Assembly: GCA_051382305.1 (NCBI GenBank)
Contig: JBBCAV010000068.1
Coordinates: 1-12,913, forward strand
Reading direction: 5' to 3'
Source of the DNA: Bdellovibrionota bacterium FG-2
Lineage (GTDB): Bacteria; Bdellovibrionota; UBA1018
Length of the DNA stretch: 12,913 nucleotides
The notes below the pieces were generated by a model. The model was given only the letters and a program-made list of their open reading frames with translations, was not told the DNA's origin and ran no database searches. The position numbers and the translations under genes were made by a program. Positions 6,025 through 12,913 of this stretch are shown here, piece by piece; within the stretch, counting starts at the first letter, position 1; the number at the start of each line of letters is the position of its first letter.

Positions 6025-6736
6025 GCATCACCTCGGCTGCAAAGCCCATTGCCACATCCATTGGAATCGCAAATCCCTGCCCAGAAAATGCTCCGCTCTC
6101 CGTATTCACAGCCAGTATCGCGGTATTGATTCCCACTACCTCGCCACGAAGGTTAACCAGGGGCCCCCCACTGTTTCCCTGATTGATCGGCGCATCCGTT
6201 TGAATCAAGCCTTCATAATTTAATGCTCCCACCGAAAGCGATCGGGAGGTGTTCCCCACGATGCCACTCGTAACGGTGTGACCCAGCCCAAAGGGGTTGC
6301 CGATGGCGAGAACCCGATCCCCAGTCCGCACTCGCAGTTGAGTGTTAAACTTAGCCGTCGCAAAGCGCTCGCCATTACGCGGTCTGATTCGAATCAACGC
6401 AAGATCTCGCTTCTTATCTGAATGCACGATGCGCCCGATGTATTTTTGCTCTTTCGCTTTCCAAACCGTTACCTCAATACTTTGCGAATCGCCCACGACA
6501 TGATCATTGGTCAAAATATAGCCATCATCCGAAACCAAAACTCCCGAACCGATACTTTGATAAAAAGCGCCTCCATTACCACGAAGCGCCCGGATACTGA
6601 CCGTAGCAGGTCTGACCGCCGCAACCGCTTCTTTGGTCTTGATCCCCATGGCTTTCGGACCCGCAAAAACGGAGGACGCGCCAAAACAGGCAAAACTCAA
6701 AATCAGCAAAATTGCGCGAATCCATCTACGAATCAA
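6011..6736 (-). CDS. mamEO: Trypsin-like (HtrA/DegP-type) serine protease domain with intact triad, MamEO-like
   Basis: Signal peptide-like N-terminus. GSGV, TNDHVV (His), RDLALI (Asp), IQTDAPINQGNSGGPL (Ser). No PDZ. TTG start with AGAGGTGA RBS. The family call is firm; mamEO versus mamE-Nter rests on gene order only. Confidence 0.6.
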   Translation of the reverse strand: MIRRWIRAILLILSFACFGASSVFAGPKAMGIKTKEAVAAVRPATVSIRALRGNGGAFYQSIGSGVLVSDDGYILTNDHVVGDSQSIEVTVWKAKEQKYIGRIVHSDKKRDLALIRIRPRNGERFATAKFNTQLRVRTGDRVLAIGNPFGLGHTVTSGIVGNTSRSLSVGALNYEGLIQTDAPINQGNSGGPLVNLRGEVVGINTAILAVNTESGAFSGQGFAIPMDVAMGFAAEVMRGGI

Positions 6737-6740
6737 AAGA

Positions 6741-8342
6741 TCACCTCTTTTCAGCCGAACCCAACACCGCCACGCTTGGCTTTAACTTTCCCTCGCGAAA
6801 CGCTTGCACCACATCCGCCAGAGACCCAAATGTTCCCGCATAAACCGCGACTTTCGCACCTGTTAAGGCATCAAAAGCCCTGGGCCCAATACGGCCTGCA
6901 ATCACCGCGTCCACATGGTTCTTCAAAAGCCATTTGGCCGTAATAATCCCCGTTGCATCCGAGTTTGGATTAAGAAGGGTCGTGATAGAGTTTGATTTCA
7001 AATCAACGATCTGAAAATAAGGGCTCTTTGAAAACATAGGAGACACCTGCGAAGAGGCTCCGGAGCTCATGGACGCAACGGCCACATATTTCATTCCGTT
7101 ATCAACGGGCAGCATCTGCGCCACTTGTGAAGCAGCTGCAGAATTCGGCAATTGGTTGCCCTGACGATCGACTCCAGGAGCCGCAATCGTCACGAAGCGA
7201 TGCCTACCTCCGCGCCACACATCAACCATCGCGCCCCGAGCGCCTTCTGTTGCTTCCGCAAATTGTCTCAGCGTCGTCGTTGGCATTCCGTTTACCGCGA
7301 CAATCACATCGCCCGCCTGAAATCCCGCATCGAATGCAGGGCCAATTGAAATTCCATCCACGGCAATCCCTTTAGTACCTGAGGGCAAGCCCAATTCTTT
7401 AGCTTCTAAAGGATCCAGCGGAACCACGGTCAAGCCCAACCAACTCGCTTCAACTTCAATGTCCGCGCCAGGCAACGCCGGAGGTTCACCCACAGCCGCT
7501 ACCGGCATTGTTGATGCCGTCACAAGAACATCCAATGCATTGCCGTTTCGATAGACGTCAAGCTTGAGGCTATCACCTGGTTTCTTATTTAACAAAACTT
7601 CGGATAATCCAATTCGGTCATTTACAGGAGTCTTATCGATATTACGAATAATGTCGCCCCTGACTAACCCACTTTGTCCCGCAGGCCCCCCCGGGAAAAC
7701 ATGCGAAACAATCACGCCGCGCGAATCCGGAAGCTTCAGCTGGCGAACCATTACGGCATCCAAAGACTGAACATCGATCCCGATCCAGGCGTCTGCATCC
7801 ATATTTGCGGCTACGACTTTTGCCGTCATTTTTTGTTTAATTTTGTCTTGGGTGATCTTCAGGGACAGCTTGACGTTTAAGGATTGCTTGGCGTCGTTGC
7901 GCATGACCCTGATCTTGATTCGATCTCCATCTTTTTTCGCGGCAAGCAAAGCGGCAAGCTCCGCAACACTTGTGATTTTAGTCGCGTCCACACTCGTAAT
8001 CACATCGTCTCTTTTAAGACCGGCCAATTCGGCTGGAGAATCGCGTTGCACTTTTTGAACATACACACCCTGAGGTGCATGCAGTTCAAGCTTTGTCACC
8101 ATGTCAGGAGTGATGTCCTCGACATCAGCGCCCAACCAAATCGGACCCCCGTTTGCTGCACCAACAGGCTGATTTAGGGCAATCTGAATCGGAGTCTCTT
8201 CGTTTCTTTTTGCGTTAGGCTTATCGACAAAATAGATGAGCGATCCAATCACAACGGTGATTGAGACCGTGACGATGAGAAGGGTTCGTACGTCGAGGTT
8301 TTTCCAAACACTATTTCTTTCATTGTTATTTTGGCTACTCAA
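6741..8342 (-). CDS. mamE-Cter: MamE-Cter-like protein: TM, 3 PDZ, NifX/NifB-like domain
   Basis: N-terminal TM and three HtrA-type PDZ units starting WLGADV, WIGIDV, WLGLTV. C-terminal VAVAS...SPYFQIVD...VDAVIAGRIGPRAF. No protease domain and no Cys. TTG start with AGGAG, TTGA overlap with the mamP stop. Confidence 0.7.
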   Translation of the reverse strand: MSSQNNNERNSVWKNLDVRTLLIVTVSITVVIGSLIYFVDKPNAKRNEETPIQIALNQPVGAANGGPIWLGADVEDITPDMVTKLELHAPQGVYVQKVQRDSPAELAGLKRDDVITSVDATKITSVAELAALLAAKKDGDRIKIRVMRNDAKQSLNVKLSLKITQDKIKQKMTAKVVAANMDADAWIGIDVQSLDAVMVRQLKLPDSRGVIVSHVFPGGPAGQSGLVRGDIIRNIDKTPVNDRIGLSEVLLNKKPGDSLKLDVYRNGNALDVLVTASTMPVAAVGEPPALPGADIEVEASWLGLTVVPLDPLEAKELGLPSGTKGIAVDGISIGPAFDAGFQAGDVIVAVNGMPTTTLRQFAEATEGARGAMVDVWRGGRHRFVTIAAPGVDRQGNQLPNSAAASQVAQMLPVDNGMKYVAVASMSSGASSQVSPMFSKSPYFQIVDLKSNSITTLLNPNSDATGIITAKWLLKNHVDAVIAGRIGPRAFDALTGAKVAVYAGTFGSLADVVQAFREGKLKPSVAVLGSAEKR

Positions 8343-9619
8343 AGTGTTCTCCTTCTCCCGGGACCGACGGGAGCAATCGGAGCCGTACCCAGCCCACCCT
8401 GAGCATTACCCGTGGTAGCTTCCCTCAAAGATCCTTGTTTGAAGGCAGCAATGGCGCCCTTCACGTCTCCACTTACGCCAGGATACATTTTGATCCCTAA
8501 AGAAGTGAGACTCGCTGAAGCCCCTTGGCCGATATAACCACAAATAACCGCTTCAACCCCCATGTCCATCAAATCCTGAACAACTTGAGGTCCGGTCCCG
8601 CCCGCATTTTGCACGACTTTGTACGAATTGCGTTTGAGATCCACGATCACAAAATAAGGTGATGTTCCTAGATCATTTGCAACGACCGCATTCACATCTT
8701 TGCCGACCGCCGCAATCGCAACGATTGTTGAATCGGGCGTTGGATCAGCGACCGCTGTATTAGGATCCACCTGGGCGACCGTCATCGCGGCCACAGGTTG
8801 ACCAGGCAGTGCGCCGTTTGGAACGCCTTCAGCAGCCTGAGCCGCAATATCAGGGATTGCTAACCTAAATATCTTCTCGCGTCGCTCGCGCCACACGCTG
8901 AGACGAATCACATCGCCGGCCGCAAACGCGCCCAACGCGCGCTCTAGTTCCGCAATCGTTTCCACCTTGCGATTATCCACGGTGAAAAACATGTCACCAT
9001 TCTGCATTCCGAGATCTTCGGCTAAACTTCCGGGAAGCACTTTGGTGATGATCGGACCCTTTTTATCGGGAAGATTAAGTTTCGTCGTCAAAGTCGCATC
9101 TGCTTCAATTAACTCCAGGCCAAAAATACTTCGGGGATCAATCGTCTTCAGTGCAACGGGTTTTCCTGCGGCATCAACGACCTTGTGGCACACATTGCAA
9201 GGACCCCAATAAGGATGGGGCATATTCGCCGTAATGGGGATCGTCCCCCCCTCAATCGGCGCGCGACTTTTGGGCCCGATCACCTGGTGACATTTGGCAC
9301 AGTCTTGTCCGAAGTTTGGATGGGTTACGACATCACTTAATTTAATCGGAGGAATTCCCCCATTGGCTGCCGCCACTGCCTGGCCCTGCATCGGAGTACC
9401 CAGGGCCACAGGAGTTCCCACGGCCACTTGCGCGCCCGCCTCCTTCGTTTTCGGATGGTGAAGAGCCCGATGATACCGGGCCGCATAGGCCGGGTCTCGC
9501 TTCATTTGAATCTCGTGGTAGGTGATCCACCCCACAGTGAGGAGAACCACTGCGACCAGGGTTACCAACAGCGGTCGCAGCTCTTGCTGACAAAACTTTT
9601 TATTGAGGTCTTTGCTCAT
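8339..9619 (-). CDS. mamP: MamP-like protein: TM, 2 magnetochrome domains, PDZ, NifX/NifB-like domain
   Basis: PPIKLSDVVTHPNFGQDCAKCH and TIPITANMPHPYWGPCNVCH fit the magnetochrome pattern. PDZ (FGLEL...VLPGSLAEDLGMQNGD). C-terminal VAIAA...SPYFVIVD...GVEAVICGYIGQGA resembles a NifX/NifB-like domain. Confidence 0.8.
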   Translation of the reverse strand: MSKDLNKKFCQQELRPLLVTLVAVVLLTVGWITYHEIQMKRDPAYAARYHRALHHPKTKEAGAQVAVGTPVALGTPMQGQAVAAANGGIPPIKLSDVVTHPNFGQDCAKCHQVIGPKSRAPIEGGTIPITANMPHPYWGPCNVCHKVVDAAGKPVALKTIDPRSIFGLELIEADATLTTKLNLPDKKGPIITKVLPGSLAEDLGMQNGDMFFTVDNRKVETIAELERALGAFAAGDVIRLSVWRERREKIFRLAIPDIAAQAAEGVPNGALPGQPVAAMTVAQVDPNTAVADPTPDSTIVAIAAVGKDVNAVVANDLGTSPYFVIVDLKRNSYKVVQNAGGTGPQVVQDLMDMGVEAVICGYIGQGASASLTSLGIKMYPGVSGDVKGAIAAFKQGSLREATTGNAQGGLGTAPIAPVGPGRRRTL

Positions 9620-10713
9620 GATTCAGCCCCTAAGAATGGTTTGAGTCGCACACTGATTTCGCCGTCAAATTCAAGTTTCGATCGCACGGCTTGCGATACG
9701 GCCTTTTTGAGTTCATCGAACTGGGCCACTTTAAGTGTCTTATCCACAAAGACGGTCACATCAACTTCAGCTCTCGAACCCAGCTCCCGAGTCCGCACAT
9801 GCTCGATGCCTGAAACGCCCGGAATCCCCATCACAACATCTCGAATCGTTTCGATCTTCTCGCCGTCCATCGAAACATCCATAAGCTTGGTCACTGATTC
9901 AACCAGCATGTCCGCAGCCGACTTCAAAATCATAATCGCCACGATCACCGCAAAAATCGAATCGATCACCGGAAACGAAACTTTTGCGCCAATAATCCCC
10001 ACCAAAACCGCAGCAGACGAATACGTGTCTACTCGACTCTCCAATGCCACTGCCGCGACCGAGGGTTTATTAAATCGCACATCAACGCACTGCCCTTGGC
10101 GCGCCATGATCTCGTTGACGATAATCGAAATCAACGCACCCCACGCAGTCACAAAGTGTGGCGCCACATATCGGCCACTGACTAGATCGCGGATACCATC
10201 GATTAAAATGAAAACACCCAAGACCACCAAAAATGCGGCGATCAAAAGGGCCGCAATGTATTCGACTTTACCGCGTCCGTAGGGGTAGTCCTTGCCTTGC
10301 GGCCGATCCGCCACCTTCAGCGCAATAAACATCATGAAACTTGCGAGCAAATCGCCCAAAGAGTGAATCGCATCAGCAAAAAGAGCCTTGGATCCCCCGA
10401 CAATCCCGAGATAAGCCTTGATCGCAACGAGAAAAATATTTCCGGCCACGTTGACGGTCGCAACGTAACTCAAACACTTATGGCACTTCTGAGGCGGGAT
10501 ATACCTGCCGTCCGCATCATAATAACCGGCTTTCTGGCCGCAGTCCTTTTGACAGGTCTTCTCACAGCCCGCTTTTTGATGCTGACAGCACGCTTGGCCA
10601 GAGTCGGGTGAATCGCCAGATTCTGATGACTCGCTTGCTTCAGACAATTCGGCCGAATCGTTCAAGTCATCGTTCTCGGTGTCGTCTTTGTTTTTCTTTG
10701 GGGATCCATCCAT
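9616..10713 (-). CDS. mamB: Magnetosome CDF transporter MamB with N-terminal extension
   Basis: CDF motifs (GGSKALFADAIHSLGD, YPYGRGKVEY, LMDVS, C-terminal dimerisation domain), pre-TM1 CxxC (CHKC), and MamB-like segments SGRYVAP...IVNEIM.R...CV and SSAAVLVGII....FP..D. ATGA overlap with the next gene. Confidence 0.85.
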   Translation of the reverse strand: MDGSPKKNKDDTENDDLNDSAELSEASESSESGDSPDSGQACCQHQKAGCEKTCQKDCGQKAGYYDADGRYIPPQKCHKCLSYVATVNVAGNIFLVAIKAYLGIVGGSKALFADAIHSLGDLLASFMMFIALKVADRPQGKDYPYGRGKVEYIAALLIAAFLVVLGVFILIDGIRDLVSGRYVAPHFVTAWGALISIIVNEIMARQGQCVDVRFNKPSVAAVALESRVDTYSSAAVLVGIIGAKVSFPVIDSIFAVIVAIMILKSAADMLVESVTKLMDVSMDGEKIETIRDVVMGIPGVSGIEHVRTRELGSRAEVDVTVFVDKTLKVAQFDELKKAVSQAVRSKLEFDGEISVRLKPFLGAES

Positions 10714-10727
10714 GATCTTTTTCCCGT

Positions 10728-10868
10728 CTATTTACGTTTATTATAAGGATCTTCGGACTCACGCGTCTCACGATCCTGCGCATTGAGCCGCTCTTCTAAA
10801 GCGAGCTGTTTCTTGTAAACTAGGATAATACCAACAAAAACCCCGATCAATAACAGCAAAGCTAACAT
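10728..10868 (-). CDS. Small 46-aa single-pass membrane protein (absent from the ORF track)
   Basis: Read by hand: ATG at 10868 preceded by AAAGGGGAcgct, TAG at 10728-10730. Translation MLALLLLIGVFVGIILVYKKQLALEERLNAQDRETRESEDPYNKRK. Fills the only large gap in the operon. Confidence 0.8.
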   Translation of the reverse strand: MLALLLLIGVFVGIILVYKKQLALEERLNAQDRETRESEDPYNKRK

Positions 10869-10895
10869 AGCGTCCCCTTTGTTTTACTCTGGTCC

Positions 10896-11366
10896 CTAAA
10901 AAACATAGTGTCCTTTCAATAACGAAAAACACAAGACGATGAACATGAACATCTGTGTGTGCAGAAAATACAGCCCCTTGCGAACATTGGGGGGGTATTT
11001 AAATCGCAAAATGGCTCCGCCAAAAGTCAGCCATCCCATAATGATCAGGCCGGCCCAAAGCCAGTTGTTGTGCCAATGTGTAACATAGCAGTGGATGCAC
11101 ATGGCGATGAATCCTGCGACATTAAGCCAACAGTGAACACGCAAGAATTTTGCAAAAAAGATATCGTCCTTGAGCATGAACCACAGACGCAGATGCTTGG
11201 CGGGAAGATAAGATTGGGCTGCGATAAAAAGCAGCATACAAAGGTTTCCCGACCCGGTCGCCAGATTGTAGTCACTCCAAAACGCAAACAAAACGCAAAA
11301 CACAATAAAAGCGATCAAAAGAATCACTTTAAGTCTCATGTCTGAGGTTTTAAACACTGCTTTCAC
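10896..11366 (-). CDS. mad2: Polytopic membrane protein, probable Mad2
   Basis: About 5-6 hydrophobic segments with several membrane-proximal His (RVHCW, CIHCY, FLHTQ, KGHY). GTG start with GGAG upstream. Position between mamQ and mamB matches my recollection of mad2; the name rests on synteny. Confidence 0.6.
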   Translation of the reverse strand: MKAVFKTSDMRLKVILLIAFIVFCVLFAFWSDYNLATGSGNLCMLLFIAAQSYLPAKHLRLWFMLKDDIFFAKFLRVHCWLNVAGFIAMCIHCYVTHWHNNWLWAGLIIMGWLTFGGAILRFKYPPNVRKGLYFLHTQMFMFIVLCFSLLKGHYVF

Positions 11367-11405
11367 GTTTCGAGCTCCATCTCTCCACAGCTTATCGGGC
11401 TGTGT

Positions 11406-12146
11406 CTACTTTGGGTTAAAATCCAAGGGTGCAAATTCAGTCGCACTTTTCTCAGGTTCAAAATACGGCAAGGGTTTAAAACGAAAGGCAACCGCGAAAA
11501 AATTACCAGGTATCGTAGCTAATGCCGTCGTATAATTATCAACACTCACGTTGTAGCGTACCCGGGCCGCGGCCAGTTCTTTTTCGGCACTTTCAATGGT
11601 CGCGACCAAGAAATGAAACTCGGCACTGAGCTTGAGATCTGGGTACTGCTCCGCGATCCCGAAAAACTTACCCATAAGCTCGCTTGATTTTTTATCACTT
11701 TTCTCGACTAAGGCCTTTTTCATATCCGGGGTCATCCCAACCATCATCGTTCGGAATTCCATTACGTTTTTGAAAATATCCCGCTCATGCTGAGCATAGG
11801 CAATGACGGATTTTTCGAGATTGGCCGAAAGATCCCGTCGCATTTGCATATAGACATTCACCGAAGCGGCGTCTCTCTGGGCATAAGAGCGAAGAAACCA
11901 AAAATTATTGTAATAATACACGGAGATTGCCACGACGGCGGTCAATGAAACGACCACCCACCATTTTCGCAGGACATAGCCAAGGCGCCAGGCGACTGCA
12001 TAGATCCCTTCGCGTGGGTTTCCATGCTCGTCGTATGAACCCGCCCCCTCTGGACCATCGGTTTCATCGTCAGAATCCTCAAGTTCTGCTCGTTCCGACT
12101 TATCTTGCGAAATCTTCCGAATGATATGCCTCACGCGCCCAGGCAT
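11406..12146 (-). CDS. mamQ: Magnetosome LemA-family protein MamQ
   Basis: Single TM (WWVVVSLTAVVAISVYYYN) followed by LemA motifs (QMRRDL, YAQHE, AEQYPDLK, RVRYN, PGNFFA..F.F..LPYF). Acidic N-terminal region. TAATG overlap with the mamA stop. Confidence 0.9.
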   Translation of the reverse strand: MPGRVRHIIRKISQDKSERAELEDSDDETDGPEGAGSYDEHGNPREGIYAVAWRLGYVLRKWWVVVSLTAVVAISVYYYNNFWFLRSYAQRDAASVNVYMQMRRDLSANLEKSVIAYAQHERDIFKNVMEFRTMMVGMTPDMKKALVEKSDKKSSELMGKFFGIAEQYPDLKLSAEFHFLVATIESAEKELAAARVRYNVSVDNYTTALATIPGNFFAVAFRFKPLPYFEPEKSATEFAPLDFNPK

Positions 12147-12904
12147 TAATCGAGCTCCTCGCTACTTTCAAGCTCAAGAACCTTCTTAAAGCACTTGCCT
12201 GCTTCTGTCGCGTCCCCTGACGCCTGAAGCACAAATCCAAGATGCTGATAATACTTGGCGACATCAGGCTTTAGCTCAATGGCTTTCCTAAACTCCGGAA
12301 TCGCCTTATCAAGCTCCCCTTTTTTGTCATGCGCGATCCCCATCTTGTAATAAAGCTCGCTATCGCCGGGGTTTACCGCTGCTGCCTCACCTAAAACTTT
12401 AAGGCATTTGTCATAATCTTTGGTACGCAAATAAGTTGAACCCAGCTGAGACAGCGCATCCTTATTGTTAGGAACCAGACTCAAGGTCTTTTCAAAGCAT
12501 TCAACCGCTTTGTCGAGCTGATTGTTCTTAAAATAAGCTTTACCCGCCAAATAGAAAATCTGCGGGGACTTCGTCCCTTGCTTCATCACATTTTCAAACG
12601 CATCGATGGCTTTTTCGTATTCGCCACGCTTAAGGTATTTTTTCCCAAGGTTCTCGTGAATCTGGGTTTTGTCTTTTTGATCGATGGAGAAGATATTATT
12701 GTAGCCCTCAACCGTCTTGGCCAAGAGTTTTCCTGCCATCAACATCGTCACATGAACAAAATAATCAAAACCAACAACGAACGAGGTCTTGTCCATACTC
12801 TTTTCGGACTTACCTTCTGGGTCTCTCTTCTTTTTAGCCTTTGGCTCGGGTTGATCGAGGTCTATTTTCTTATCGCTTTCGTTGTTCATATTATTCGTCG
12901 TCAT
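12146..12904 (-). CDS. mamA: Magnetosome TPR protein MamA
   Basis: Five consecutive ~34-aa TPR units (e.g. SELYYKMGIAHDKKGELDKAIPEFRKAIELKPDV) after a charged N-terminal segment. Lies next to LemA, CDF and magnetochrome genes. The start is 9 nt from the window edge, so the RBS cannot be assessed; M6 is an alternative start. Confidence 0.9.
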   Translation of the reverse strand: MTTNNMNNESDKKIDLDQPEPKAKKKRDPEGKSEKSMDKTSFVVGFDYFVHVTMLMAGKLLAKTVEGYNNIFSIDQKDKTQIHENLGKKYLKRGEYEKAIDAFENVMKQGTKSPQIFYLAGKAYFKNNQLDKAVECFEKTLSLVPNNKDALSQLGSTYLRTKDYDKCLKVLGEAAAVNPGDSELYYKMGIAHDKKGELDKAIPEFRKAIELKPDVAKYYQHLGFVLQASGDATEAGKCFKKVLELESSEELD

Positions 12905-12913
12905 GTTTTGCTG

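Noticed and set aside
6783-8725. Nitrogen fixation locus suggested by NifX/NifB-like domains
   Set aside because: The domains are fused to membrane-anchored PDZ proteins, and no nifHDK, nifEN or radical-SAM domain is present.
242-11535. Many plus-strand ORFs (e.g. 242..796, 5629..6129, 6422..6943, 9428..10282)
   Set aside because: They lie antisense to well-supported minus-strand genes and show no recognisable motifs, so they are treated as shadow ORFs.
1-12913. Canonical Fur box, CRISPR array, tRNA/rRNA, transposase or integrase
   Set aside because: No convincing match by eye. The operon promoter lies outside the window, upstream of mamA.

Overview
The window is almost entirely one tightly packed minus-strand operon of about 18 genes (no intergenic gap over 39 nt, many start/stop overlaps). 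It is a magnetosome gene cluster of the deep-branching, Desulfobacterota/'Deltaproteobacteria'-like type. In transcription order: mamA (TPR), mamQ (LemA), a mad2-like membrane protein, an unannotated 46-aa single-TM ORF, mamB (CDF with an unusual acidic/Cys-rich N-terminal extension), mamP-like (2 magnetochrome CXXCH + PDZ + NifX-like), a split mamE/O set (3xPDZ + NifX-like protein, an intact trypsin protease, a trypsin protease apparently missing its catalytic Asp), two TM proteins sharing a CxxC module, mamL, an EcsC-like protein, mamM (CDF with altered metal ligands), two glycine-zipper proteins, a Fur regulator and a membrane-anchored di-heme cytochrome c. Magnetosome clusters are a known system. 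The parts most worth following up are the fur/cytochrome tail, a perfect hairpin covering the fur RBS and start codons, a diverged relic copy of part of fur just past the operon end, the hidden small ORF, the MamB extension, and the non-canonical MamM and protease sites. Gene names come from motif recognition and remembered gene order, not from database searches.
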